A stretch of DNA of 63,230 nt, filler included. It is 13 parts of 13 records of this genome, joined end to end, with 100 filler letters (N's around TTAATTAATTAA, not from the genome) between each part and the next. Parts side by side here need not be neighbours in the genome. Positions count along the whole stretch, not along the records: positions 49,027 to 51,139 come from SRR11831585_1026; positions 51,240 to 57,955 come from SRR11831585_1027; positions 58,056 to 60,426 come from SRR11831585_1028; positions 60,527 to 63,230 come from SRR11831585_1035; 9 more parts are not named here. One strand, given 5' to 3'. Both the position numbers and the translations under genes were made by a program. Below, piece after piece: positions 49,729-60,763 of the stretch. Within the stretch, counting starts at the first letter, position 1. Every line of letters begins with the position of its first letter. The notes below the pieces were generated by a model that was not told where the DNA came from, did no database searches, and was given only the letters and a program-made list of their open reading frames with translations.

Positions 49729-49926
49729 TCCTCTACTTCAGCTGAATTGTTGCTGCACAGCGGCGTGCTGAAACGAGCTCAACGTCAGATGCCCATAAAA
49801 GGCAGGCGACTGACAAAGAACCCACTGCGCTTGCAAAGTAGCGGTTCTGAATGCTCAGCACATTTCATTCTGCGTGCTTTGGCGCACCCGCGTTTCGTCC
49901 CCTTCGTACTCCGTTTCAGATCATCG

Positions 49927-50506
49927 ATGGACGTCCTCGCGAGTGAGCTAGAGCTTTTCGAGACCTACGATTTGGAGTCGACATGGTGTGACCCAGATGT
50001 CTACACGTTGTCTGTTTTCGAGGATGACCCCCAATTTGGCTCGTATGTTACTGTTTCCTATCCTACGCGCGTGTTCTCACTCTCATCATGCGCGCAGCAA
50101 TGTCTTCTACAACTTGGAAGAAGAAGCCTACGTTTCGTCCCTGGCTGGGATGTACGAGCAGCAGGCTGCCTTGGCCGAGGAAGGCAATAATCTGGAGGTT
50201 GTCGAGGTTGTCCAGGTTGTGGTCGCGGATGCCATGCCAACGTGCATCTCCCCTGCCTCGCTCATATCTTCGAGCAGCTCGCCGTCTTCGGTTCTGGGCA
50301 AGCGCCACGCTTTCCGGGACGATGTCGACGCCAGCGAGAATGAGCTCTGCGTGGTGCCCAGCACGCCTGTCCGCACGAAGAAATCTAGTCCCCGCAAGAC
50401 CGCGTTCTCGAAACGATCGCGTCGTGATGAGCTTTTCCATCGAGAAGAGCGCATCACGGTGACGGTGGTTGCGGAAGACGAAGACGAAGACGTGGATGTT
50501 TGCTGA
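49927..50506 (+). CDS. Eukaryotic hypothetical protein, 174 aa, acidic and probably disordered; exons 49927-50042 and 50098-50506
   Basis: A 55-nt GTATGT..CAG intron joins MDVLASEL...FGS to NVFYNLEEE...EDEDEDVDVC* in frame (525 nt). Confidence 0.7.
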
Positions 50507-50833
50507 GATTTGCCTTGTCAATTTGTTTGAAGGACACAAGTACGCGACATCATAGTTGCGATTTGTGTCACTTGAATTGCTCTTTAGATTAGATGTGCAT
50601 TTTTGCACACTGGTTTTGCGTTTCGCAACATTTGTTATTGGCGTCGTTTTTCAAGTAGACGCAGTCGGATCGTATTTATGGGGTTTTACATATTGCTATT
50701 TATCAGAGATTATTTATAAACTGAACAGTATACAATAACTCACTGCAGCCCCTCCTGCCGTCCGTGTCCTCTCTCTCTCTCTTTCGGCACGTGTGTTTTT
50801 CACGTCCCCCGTGCGCGCATCTGTGCACACCTT

Positions 50834-50965
50834 TCATGTGCGGTTGAGCCGGACCAAGTCGCCGCCCGCTGCGTGAAGCACAGTCACCTCGTTGGAGCCG
50901 AGCAGGTCGCGCATGTGAAACGCAGTGCCAAGCTTGCTACGGCGCAGCTTTCGATTCTCCAAATC
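50834..50965 (-). CDS. Probable last exon of an unidentified eukaryotic gene
   Basis: GC-rich codon-like stretch DLENRKLRRSKLGTAFHMRDLLG...RLNRT* after a TG-rich intron-like tract; acceptor uncertain. Confidence 0.4.
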   Translation of the reverse strand, partial: DLENRKLRRSKLGTAFHMRDLLGSNEVTVLHAAGGDLVRLNRT

Positions 50966-51239
50966 CTTCACATAGTGTGCACACATACGGTTACAGAGGG
51001 ACGCCACGAAGGATCCAACGGAGAACAAGAGTAGGCGACAGACCTCCACACACACGCAAAGACAGTACAGCACACGCACACACATGCATACGGATAAACA
51101 CGTACACACACCCATACGATTATCACCCCCCCTCCAACANNNNNNNNNNNNNNNNNNNNNNNNNNNNNNNNNNNNNNNNNNNNTTAATTAATTAANNNNN
51201 NNNNNNNNNNNNNNNNNNNNNNNNNNNNNNNNNNNNNNN

Positions 51240-51631
51240 AAATGAAGGTCGATGAAATGGTCACCGTGCGCGATATCACTCTGACCAGCACCTGTGAACA
51301 CCATTTTGTTACCATCGATGGCAAAGCGACGGTGGCCTATATCCCGAAAGATTCGGTGATCGGTCTGTCAAAAATTAACCGCATTGTGCAGTTCTTTGCC
51401 CAGCGTCCGCAGGTGCAGGAACGTCTGACGCAGCAAATTCTTATTGCGCTACAAACGCTGCTGGGCACCAATAACGTGGCTGTCTCGATCGACGCGGTGC
51501 ATTACTGCGTGAAGGCGCGTGGCATCCGCGATGCAACCAGTGCCACGACAACGACCTCTCTTGGTGGATTGTTCAAATCCAGTCAGAATACGCGCCACGA
51601 GTTTCTGCGCGCTGTGCGTCATCACAACTGA
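51240..51631 (+). CDS. folE: GTP cyclohydrolase I (5' partial)
   Basis: [28 protein letters not shown]. Confidence 0.97.
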
Positions 51632-51647
51632 TTAAAAGGCAGGAACC

Positions 51648-52805
51648 ATGGAGCGCAACGTCACGCTCGATTTTGTTCGCGGCGTCGCCATTCTGGGGAT
51701 CCTGCTATTAAACATCAGCGCCTTTGGGCTACCAAAGGCGGCTTATCTCAATCCCGCCTGGTACGGTGCTATTACGCCGCGGGATGCATGGACTTGGGCA
51801 TTTCTTGATCTCATCGGCCAGGTGAAATTCCTCACGCTTTTTGCGCTACTGTTTGGTGCGGGCCTGCAAATGTTGCTGCCCCGTGGCAGACGCTGGATCC
51901 AGTCGCGGTTAACGCTGTTAGTCTTGTTGGGCTTTATTCACGGTTTATTGTTCTGGGACGGCGATATTTTGCTGGCTTACGGGCTGGTGGGCTTAATCTG
52001 CTGGCGGCTGGTGCGCGATGCGCCATCGGTAAAAAGCCTGTTTAATACAGGCGTCATGCTTTATCTGGTGGGGCTTGGCGTTTTGCTGTTATTGGGGCTG
52101 ATTTCCGACAGCCAGACCAGCCGCGCCTGGACGCCGGATGCATCGGCTATTTTGTATGAAAAATACTGGAAGCTTCACGGCGGCGTTGAAGCGATCAGTA
52201 ATCGTGCCGATGGTGTTGGCAACAGTTTACTGGCACTGGGCGCACAGTATGGCTGGCAACTGGCAGGGATGATGCTCATTGGTGCGGCGCTGATGCGCAG
52301 CGGCTGGCTGAAAGGGCAGTTCAGCTTACGTCACTATCGTCGTACTGGTTTTGTGCTGGTGGCGATTGGGGTGACCATTAACCTTCCTGCCATCGCCCTG
52401 CAATGGCAGCTGGACTGGGCGTATCGCTGGTGTGCCTTCTTACTTCAAATGCCGCGGGAACTGAGTGCGCCGTTTCAGGCGATTGGCTATGCGTCGCTGT
52501 TTTATGGCTTCTGGCCGCAATTGAGCCGCTTTAAGCTGGTGCTTGCGATCGCCTGCGTCGGACGGATGGCGCTGACCAACTATCTATTGCAAACGCTGAT
52601 TTGTACCACGCTTTTTTACCACCTCGGTTTGTTTATGCATTTTGACCGCCTGGAGCTGCTGGCGTTTGTTATTCCGGTATGGCTGGCGAATATCCTCTTC
52701 TCTGTTATCTGGCTGCGTTACTTCCGCCAGGGGCCGGTGGAATGGCTCTGGCGTCAGTTAACTTTGCGTGCTGCCGGACCGGCAATATCTAAAACATCAA
52801 GATAA
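51648..52805 (+). CDS. yeiB: DUF418 membrane protein YeiB
   Basis: LDFVRGVAILGI, GRMALTNY, QGPVEWLWR. Confidence 0.95.
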   Translation: MERNVTLDFVRGVAILGILLLNISAFGLPKAAYLNPAWYGAITPRDAWTWAFLDLIGQVKFLTLFALLFGAGLQMLLPRGRRWIQSRLTLLVLLGFIHGLLFWDGDILLAYGLVGLICWRLVRDAPSVKSLFNTGVMLYLVGLGVLLLLGLISDSQTSRAWTPDASAILYEKYWKLHGGVEAISNRADGVGNSLLALGAQYGWQLAGMMLIGAALMRSGWLKGQFSLRHYRRTGFVLVAIGVTINLPAIALQWQLDWAYRWCAFLLQMPRELSAPFQAIGYASLFYGFWPQLSRFKLVLAIACVGRMALTNYLLQTLICTTLFYHLGLFMHFDRLELLAFVIPVWLANILFSVIWLRYFRQGPVEWLWRQLTLRAAGPAISKTSR

Positions 52806-52835
52806 CGATCTGGATCACATTCGTTAACAAAACGG

Positions 52836-52870
52836 CTGTAACCGTTTCCATTGCTGTGACTCGATTCACG
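52836..52870 (+). promoter_or_regulatory. galS operator and CRP site
   Basis: CTGTAACCGTTTCCAT (gal operator-like) and TGTGA-N6-TCACG. Confidence 0.7.
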
Positions 52871-52946
52871 AAGTCCTGTATTCAGTGCTGACAAAATAGC
52901 CGCCAGCAAGCAGTCATTTACTGCAATCTCATAACAGGTAGTGAAT

Positions 52947-53987
52947 ATGATCACCATTCGTGATGTAGCGCGTCAGGCTGGCGTCTCTGTGGCAACGGTT
53001 TCCCGGGTGCTCAATAACAGCACGCTGGTCAGTGCCGACACGCGTGAAGCAGTAATGAAAGCCGTGAGTGAGCTGGATTATCGGCCAAACGCCAATGCCC
53101 AGGCGCTGGCAACTCAGGTTAGCGACACCATTGGCGTGGTGGTGATGGACGTTTCTGATGCGTTTTTCGGCGCGCTGGTAAAAGCGGTGGATCTGGTCGC
53201 TCAGCAGCATCAGAAATACGTGCTAATCGGCAATAGCTATCATGAAGCGGAAAAAGAGCGTCACGCCATTGAGGTGTTAATTCGCCAGCGTTGTAATGCG
53301 TTGATTGTTCACTCAAAAGCATTGAGTGACGATGAACTGGCGCAATTTATGGATAACATTCCCGGTATGGTGTTAATCAACCGCGTTGTGCCGGGGTACG
53401 CCCATCGTTGCGTTTGCCTGGATAATCTCAGCGGTGCCCGAATGGCGACGCGCATGTTGCTGAATAACGGTCATCAACGTATTGGTTATCTTTCTTCCAG
53501 CCACGGCATTGAAGATGACGCCATGCGTAAAGCAGGCTGGATGAGTGCGTTGAAAGAGCAGGATATTATTCCGCCGGAAAGCTGGATTGGCGCTGGTACG
53601 CCGGACATGCCGGGCGGTGAGGCGGCGATGGTTGAACTGCTGGGGCGCAATCTACAACTTACCGCTGTATTTGCTTATAACGACAATATGGCCGCTGGCG
53701 CACTGACAGCATTAAAAGATAATGGCATTGCGATTCCGTTACATCTCTCAATCATCGGTTTCGATGATATTCCCATCGCCCGTTACACCGACCCGCAATT
53801 AACGACCGTGCGTTATCCCATTGCTTCAATGGCGAAATTAGCCACCGAACTGGCCTTGCAGGGGGCAGCAGGCAATATTGATCCTCGTGCCAGCCACTGT
53901 TTTATGCCGACGTTAGTGCGTCGCCATTCTGTCGCAACACGCCAGAATGCGGCGGCGATCACTAACTCAACAAATCAGGCGATGTAA
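52947..53987 (+). CDS. galS: LacI-family isorepressor GalS
   Basis: [21 protein letters not shown]; 346 aa; upstream of mglB. Confidence 0.96.
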
Positions 53988-54015
53988 CCGCTTTCAATCT
54001 GTGAGTGATTTCACA
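53981..54015 (+). promoter_or_regulatory. mgl operator and CRP site
   Basis: ATGTAACCGCTTTCAA and TGTGA-GTGATT-TCACA. Confidence 0.75.
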
Positions 54016-54266
54016 GTATCTTAACAATGTGATAGCTATGATTGCACCGTTTTAACGTTGTAACCCGTATGTAACAGTGAATAATCACTTTTGCCGAGGT
54101 AACAGCGTCATAACAACAATTAAAGCCGTTTTCTGGAGCGTTACCGGGCATGGAAGAACGAATTTTAAAAAGTGAGCTTCGGCGTTCAGTAACACTTCAT
54201 TAACTCTACTGCCCCGCCGAGCATTTATCTCAAGCACTACCCTGCATAAGAAAAACCGGAGATACC

Positions 54267-55265
54267 ATGAATAAGAAGGTGTTAACCCTGTCTGCTGTGA
54301 TGGCCAGCATGTTATTCGGTGCCGCTGCACACGCTGCTGATACTCGCATTGGTGTAACAATCTATAAGTACGACGATAACTTTATGTCTGTAGTGCGCAA
54401 GGCTATTGAGCAAGATGCGAAAGCCGCGCCAGATGTTCAGCTGCTGATGAATGATTCTCAGAATGACCAGTCCAAGCAGAACGATCAGATCGACGTATTG
54501 CTGGCGAAAGGGGTGAAGGCACTGGCAATCAACCTGGTTGACCCGGCAGCTGCGGGTACGGTGATTGAGAAAGCGCGTGGGCAAAACGTGCCGGTGGTTT
54601 TCTTCAACAAAGAACCGTCTCGTAAGGCGCTGGATAGCTACGACAAAGCCTACTACGTTGGCACTGACTCCAAAGAGTCCGGCATTATTCAAGGCGATTT
54701 GATTGCTAAACACTGGGCGGCGAATCAGGGTTGGGATCTGAACAAAGACGGTCAGATTCAGTTCGTACTGCTGAAAGGTGAACCGGGCCATCCGGATGCA
54801 GAAGCACGTACCACTTACGTGATTAAAGAATTGAACGATAAAGGCATCAAAACTGAACAGTTACAGTTAGATACCGCAATGTGGGACACCGCTCAGGCGA
54901 AAGATAAGATGGACGCCTGGCTGTCTGGCCCGAACGCCAACAAAATCGAAGTGGTTATCGCCAACAACGATGCGATGGCAATGGGCGCGGTTGAAGCGCT
55001 GAAAGCACACAACAAGTCCAGCATTCCGGTGTTTGGCGTCGATGCGCTGCCAGAAGCGCTGGCGCTGGTGAAATCCGGTGCACTGGCGGGCACCGTACTG
55101 AACGATGCTAACAACCAGGCGAAAGCGACCTTTGATCTGGCGAAAAACCTGGCCGATGGTAAAGGTGCGGCTGATGGCACCAACTGGAAAATCGACAACA
55201 AAGTGGTCCGCGTACCTTATGTTGGCGTAGATAAAGACAACCTGGCTGAATTCAGCAAGAAATAA
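54267..55265 (+). CDS. mglB: Galactose/glucose-binding periplasmic protein
   Basis: Mature start [16 protein letters not shown]; Ca loop DLNKDG; 332 aa. Confidence 0.98.
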   Translation: MNKKVLTLSAVMASMLFGAAAHAADTRIGVTIYKYDDNFMSVVRKAIEQDAKAAPDVQLLMNDSQNDQSKQNDQIDVLLAKGVKALAINLVDPAAAGTVIEKARGQNVPVVFFNKEPSRKALDSYDKAYYVGTDSKESGIIQGDLIAKHWAANQGWDLNKDGQIQFVLLKGEPGHPDAEARTTYVIKELNDKGIKTEQLQLDTAMWDTAQAKDKMDAWLSGPNANKIEVVIANNDAMAMGAVEALKAHNKSSIPVFGVDALPEALALVKSGALAGTVLNDANNQAKATFDLAKNLADGKGAADGTNWKIDNKVVRVPYVGVDKDNLAEFSKK

Positions 55266-55325
55266 GACTGATTGGGCGCAGTCTATTACTGCGCCCTTAT
55301 TGTATGGCCAACAAGGTAAAATTAT

Positions 55326-56846
55326 ATGGTCAGCTCAACGACTCCGTCCTCCGGGGAATACTTGTTGGAAATGAGCGGTATCAACAAGTCCTTTCCTGGT
55401 GTTAAGGCACTTGATAACGTTAATTTAAAAGTCCGGCCACATTCTATCCATGCATTAATGGGGGAAAACGGTGCAGGAAAATCGACATTATTAAAATGCC
55501 TGTTTGGTATTTATCAAAAAGACTCCGGCACCATTTTATTCCAGGGTAAAGAGATCGATTTCCATTCTGCAAAAGAAGCCCTGGAAAATGGTATTTCGAT
55601 GGTACACCAGGAGTTAAACCTGGTATTACAACGTTCGGTGATGGATAACATGTGGCTGGGGCGATATCCCACCAAAGGCATGTTTGTCGATCAGGACAAA
55701 ATGTACCGCGAAACCAAAGCGATTTTTGACGAACTGGATATTGATATCGATCCGCGTGCGCGCGTCGGCACATTATCCGTTTCGCAAATGCAGATGATCG
55801 AAATCGCCAAAGCGTTTTCCTATAACGCGAAAATTGTGATTATGGATGAACCGACTTCTTCGTTAACCGAAAAAGAGGTCAATCATCTGTTCACTATTAT
55901 TCGTAAATTAAAAGAGCGCGGCTGCGGTATTGTTTATATCTCGCATAAAATGGAAGAAATCTTCCAGTTATGTGATGAAGTTACCGTATTGCGCGACGGT
56001 CAGTGGATCGCCACCGAACCGCTGGCAGGACTGACGATGGACAAGATCATCGCCATGATGGTTGGGCGTTCTCTTAACCAGCGTTTCCCTGACAAAGAAA
56101 ACAAACCGGGCGAAGTCATCCTCGAGGTACGTAACCTGACGTCACTGCGCCAGCCGTCGATTCGCGATGTCTCGTTTGATCTGCATAAAGGGGAGATCCT
56201 CGGTATTGCCGGTCTGGTGGGGGCGAAACGTACCGATATTGTTGAGACGTTATTTGGTATTCGCGAGAAATCGGCTGGCACCATAACGTTGCACGGCAAA
56301 CAGATCAATAACCATAATGCCAACGAAGCCATAAACCATGGATTTGCACTGGTAACTGAGGAGCGCCGCTCAACGGGAATTTATGCCTATCTGGATATTG
56401 GTTTTAACTCGTTAATTTCCAATATTCGCAACTACAAAAATAAAGTTGGTTTACTGGATAACTCGCGGATGAAAAGCGATACCCAGTGGGTGATTGATTC
56501 GATGCGGGTAAAAACGCCGGGTCATCGGACGCAAATTGGTTCGCTCTCCGGTGGTAATCAGCAAAAGGTGATTATTGGTCGCTGGCTACTAACGCAACCA
56601 GAAATATTAATGCTCGATGAACCGACGCGCGGTATTGATGTCGGGGCGAAGTTTGAAATTTATCAGTTAATTGCCGAACTGGCGAAGAAAGGCAAGGGGA
56701 TTATTATTATCTCCTCTGAAATGCCTGAGTTGTTAGGGATAACAGACCGTATTCTGGTCATGAGCAATGGTCTCGTTTCCGGAATTGTCGATACAAAAAC
56801 AACAACGCAAAACGAAATTCTGCGTCTTGCGTCTTTGCACCTTTAA
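55326..56846 (+). CDS. mglA: Galactoside ABC transporter ATPase
   Basis: GENGAGKST and LSGGNQQK; 506 aa. Confidence 0.97.
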
Positions 56847-56861
56847 GATTAGGGGCTTCCC

Positions 56862-57872
56862 ATGAGTGCGTTAAATAAGAAAAGTTTTCTTACTTACCTG
56901 AAAGAGGGCGGTATTTACGTCGTTCTTTTAGTTTTGCTGGCGATTATTATTTTCCAGGACCCAACATTTTTAAGTCTGTTGAACTTAAGTAATATTCTCA
57001 CCCAGTCATCGGTGCGTATTATTATCGCGCTCGGTGTGGCAGGGTTAATTGTCACCCAGGGGACCGATCTTTCTGCTGGTCGTCAGGTAGGGCTGGCGGC
57101 AGTGGTGGCTGCGACATTATTGCAGTCCATGGATAACGCCAACAAAGTGTTCCCGGAAATGGCGACGATGCCGATTGCGCTGGTTATTCTGATTGTCTGT
57201 GCCATTGGTGCGGTGATCGGTTTGATCAACGGTCTGATTATCGCTTATCTCAACGTGACGCCGTTCATTACCACGCTCGGCACGATGATCATCGTCTATG
57301 GCATCAACTCGCTCTATTACGACTTTGTCGGGGCGTCGCCAATTTCTGGTTTTGACAGTGGCTTCTCTACCTTTGCTCAGGGCTTTGTCGCGCTGGGGAG
57401 TTTCCGTCTCTCTTACATCACCTTCTACGCGTTGATTGCGGTGGCGTTCGTCTGGGTGTTGTGGAACAAAACCCGCTTCGGTAAGAACATTTTTGCCATT
57501 GGCGGTAACCCGGAAGCGGCAAAAGTATCTGGTGTCAACGTCGGCCTGAACCTGCTGATGATCTACGCGTTGTCTGGCGTGTTCTATGCCTTTGGCGGGA
57601 TGTTAGAAGCCGGACGTATCGGCTCTGCCACCAACAACCTCGGCTTTATGTATGAGCTGGATGCTATCGCGGCGTGCGTGGTAGGCGGTGTATCGTTCAG
57701 CGGCGGTGTGGGGACGGTGATTGGCGTGGTGACCGGGGTAATTATTTTTACCGTCATCAACTATGGCCTGACGTATATCGGCGTAAACCCATACTGGCAG
57801 TACATCATCAAAGGGGCGATTATTATCTTCGCCGTAGCGCTGGATTCACTGAAATACGCGCGTAAGAAATGA
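56862..57872 (+). CDS. mglC: Galactoside ABC transporter permease
   Basis: 336 aa, GGNPEAAKVSG and YELDAIAA. Confidence 0.97.
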   Translation: MSALNKKSFLTYLKEGGIYVVLLVLLAIIIFQDPTFLSLLNLSNILTQSSVRIIIALGVAGLIVTQGTDLSAGRQVGLAAVVAATLLQSMDNANKVFPEMATMPIALVILIVCAIGAVIGLINGLIIAYLNVTPFITTLGTMIIVYGINSLYYDFVGASPISGFDSGFSTFAQGFVALGSFRLSYITFYALIAVAFVWVLWNKTRFGKNIFAIGGNPEAAKVSGVNVGLNLLMIYALSGVFYAFGGMLEAGRIGSATNNLGFMYELDAIAACVVGGVSFSGGVGTVIGVVTGVIIFTVINYGLTYIGVNPYWQYIIKGAIIIFAVALDSLKYARKK

Positions 57873-57928
57873 TGTGAATGTGGTCCGCATTCGGTCATAA
57901 ACGCACATAACATCATGATCTGTGTGGT

Positions 57929-57955
57929 TTTGTAGGCCGGATAAGGCGTTCACGC
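57929..57955. repeat. REP element truncated at contig end
   Basis: TTGTAGGCCGGATAAGGCGTTCACGC. Confidence 0.88.
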
Positions 57956-58055
57956 NNNNNNNNNNNNNNNNNNNNNNNNNNNNNNNNNNNNNNNNNNNNT
58001 TAATTAATTAANNNNNNNNNNNNNNNNNNNNNNNNNNNNNNNNNNNNNNNNNNNN

Positions 58056-58135
58056 ATAAGACGCGTCAGCGTCGCATCAGGCAAATGTGCCGGCCATTGT
58101 CGGATGCGGCGCGACCGCCTTATTCGACCTACACG
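58056..58135. repeat. REP cluster / BIME at contig start
   Basis: ATAAGACGCGTCAGCGTCGCATCAGGCA and GTCGGATGCGGCGCGACCGCCTTATTCGACCTAC. Confidence 0.85.
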
Positions 58136-58667
58136 ACACACATTTCCCTGCCAAATTTGCGCCCCATATCTCACTATCCATTAACGGATTTGTGACAGAA
58201 ACCATTGTCTTTTTTTATATTTGCTTAAATCTTTTTTTGCGTTACTTATGGCTGGCCCTGGCATTTTCCGCTGTGCGTTTTAGCGTTCATGGTATTAATC
58301 GCTCAGATATCCACCTTTTCCTCAGATTTTTTTCATTAAATGCATAAAACTTAATCACCAAATGTTGCTAAATATTAAGCTGATTGTTCTGGTCATGTTG
58401 GAGTAGCACAAATTTCTCTGCTGCAAATAGCTGTTTGAAGTTTTTTTAATCTTTGTTTGTGGATTCTCACCGTTGGTGTAAATCCCGGTTGGCTGTATTG
58501 ACGTTTTCACATTCTGTTGACAGATTGTAGGTCACGAGGGGCATTTTATGGAGGATCCGCACTGTTACACTGATGTTAATTAGTACGGCATCCCCACCTC
58601 ATAACGTTGACCCGACCGGGCAAAAAACAAAAAAGGTCAGGCAGCGACAACCCACTGCAAAGGGTTA

Positions 58668-58692
58668 AAACAACAAACATCACAATTGGAGC
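58668..58692 (+). promoter_or_regulatory. C/A-rich translational enhancer (GcvB target) and RBS of dppA
   Basis: AACAACAAACATCACAATTGGAG before the start codon; GcvB pairing with this type of element in dppA is established. Confidence 0.6.
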
Positions 58693-58698
58693 AGAATA

Positions 58699-60306
58699 AT
58701 GCGTATTTCCTTGAAAAAGTCAGGGATGCTGAAGCTTGGTCTCAGCCTGGTGGCTATGACCGTCGCAGCAAGTGTTCAGGCTAAAACTCTGGTTTATTGC
58801 TCAGAAGGATCTCCGGAAGGGTTTAACCCGCAGCTGTTTACCTCCGGCACCACCTATGACGCCTCTTCCGTCCCGCTTTATAACCGTCTGGTTGAATTTA
58901 AAATCGGCACCACCGAAGTGATCCCGGGCCTCGCTGAAAAGTGGGAAGTCAGCGAAGACGGTAAAACCTATACCTTCCATCTGCGTAAAGGTGTGAAGTG
59001 GCACGACAATAAAGAATTCAAACCGACGCGTGAACTGAACGCCGATGATGTGGTGTTCTCGTTCGATCGTCAGAAAAACGCGCAAAACCCGTACCATAAA
59101 GTTTCTGGCGGCAGCTACGAATACTTCGAAGGCATGGGCTTGCCAGAGCTGATCAGTGAAGTGAAAAAGGTGGACGACAACACCGTTCAGTTTGTGCTGA
59201 CTCGCCCGGAAGCGCCGTTCCTCGCTGACCTGGCAATGGACTTCGCCTCTATTCTGTCAAAAGAATATGCTGATGCGATGATGAAAGCCGGTACACCGGA
59301 AAAACTGGACCTCAACCCAATCGGAACCGGTCCGTTCCAGTTACAGCAGTATCAAAAAGATTCCCGTATCCGCTACAAAGCGTTTGATGGCTACTGGGGC
59401 ACCAAACCGCAGATCGATACGCTGGTTTTCTCTATTACCCCTGACGCTTCCGTGCGTTACGCGAAATTGCAGAAGAATGAATGCCAGGTGATGCCGTACC
59501 CGAACCCGGCAGATATCGCTCGCATGAAGCAGGATAAATCCATCAATCTGATGGAAATGCCGGGGCTGAACGTCGGTTATCTCTCGTATAACGTGCAGAA
59601 AAAACCACTCGATGACGTGAAAGTTCGCCAGGCTCTGACCTACGCGGTGAACAAAGACGCGATCATCAAAGCGGTTTATCAGGGCGCGGGCGTATCAGCG
59701 AAAAACCTGATCCCGCCAACCATGTGGGGCTATAACGACGACGTTCAGGACTACACCTACGATCCTGAAAAAGCGAAAGCCTTGCTGAAAGAAGCGGGTC
59801 TGGAAAAAGGTTTCTCCATCGACCTGTGGGCGATGCCGGTACAACGTCCGTATAACCCGAACGCTCGCCGCATGGCGGAGATGATTCAGGCAGACTGGGC
59901 GAAAGTCGGCGTGCAGGCCAAAATTGTCACCTACGAATGGGGTGAGTACCTCAAGCGTGCGAAAGATGGCGAGCACCAGACGGTAATGATGGGCTGGACT
60001 GGCGATAACGGGGATCCGGATAACTTCTTCGCCACCCTGTTCAGCTGCGCCGCCTCTGAACAAGGCTCCAACTACTCAAAATGGTGCTACAAACCGTTTG
60101 AAGATCTGATTCAACCGGCGCGTGCTACCGACGACCACAATAAACGCGTTGAACTGTACAAACAAGCGCAGGTGGTGATGCACGATCAGGCTCCGGCACT
60201 GATCATCGCTCACTCCACCGTGTTTGAACCGGTACGTAAAGAAGTTAAAGGCTATGTGGTTGATCCATTAGGCAAACATCACTTCGAAAACGTCTCTATC
60301 GAATAA
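58699..60306 (+). CDS. dppA: Dipeptide ABC transporter periplasmic binding protein
   Basis: Mature start KTLVYCSEGSPEGFNPQ; 535 aa. Confidence 0.98.
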   Translation: MRISLKKSGMLKLGLSLVAMTVAASVQAKTLVYCSEGSPEGFNPQLFTSGTTYDASSVPLYNRLVEFKIGTTEVIPGLAEKWEVSEDGKTYTFHLRKGVKWHDNKEFKPTRELNADDVVFSFDRQKNAQNPYHKVSGGSYEYFEGMGLPELISEVKKVDDNTVQFVLTRPEAPFLADLAMDFASILSKEYADAMMKAGTPEKLDLNPIGTGPFQLQQYQKDSRIRYKAFDGYWGTKPQIDTLVFSITPDASVRYAKLQKNECQVMPYPNPADIARMKQDKSINLMEMPGLNVGYLSYNVQKKPLDDVKVRQALTYAVNKDAIIKAVYQGAGVSAKNLIPPTMWGYNDDVQDYTYDPEKAKALLKEAGLEKGFSIDLWAMPVQRPYNPNARRMAEMIQADWAKVGVQAKIVTYEWGEYLKRAKDGEHQTVMMGWTGDNGDPDNFFATLFSCAASEQGSNYSKWCYKPFEDLIQPARATDDHNKRVELYKQAQVVMHDQAPALIIAHSTVFEPVRKEVKGYVVDPLGKHHFENVSIE

Positions 60307-60340
60307 TTAAAAGCCATACAAGACTGATGGCAAAGGCAAA

Positions 60341-60426
60341 AATGCCTGATGCGCTCCGCTTATCAGGCCTACGAAAATTCTGCAATGTATTGAATTTGCA
60401 CGATTTTGTAGGCCGGATAAGGCGTT
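60341..60426. repeat. REP pair / BIME after dppA
   Basis: GCCTGATGCGCTCCGCTTATCAGGCCTAC ... GTAGGCCGGATAAGGCGTT. Confidence 0.9.
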
Positions 60427-60763
60427 NNNNNNNNNNNNNNNNNNNNNNNNNNNNNNNNNNNNNNNNNNNNTTAATTAATTAANNNNNNNNNNNNNNNNNN
60501 NNNNNNNNNNNNNNNNNNNNNNNNNNGGGGGAGGGGTTGTTCGGGAATTGTGGTGGTGGTGGTTGTGGATATGTATGAATGTGTGTGTTCGTGTATATAT
60601 ATATATATAGTGTGTGTGTGTATGTTGTGCATGAACTTCCTGCGTTCTTGAAGTGACGCCGCGCAACGTGATCTTTCTTTGTGTCGCGGACGTTGATGTC
60701 TGTTTCTTGTTTCCGCCCCTTCGTCCGTCTTACACAGTCCGTGTTTTGTTCTCTTGTTCACAG

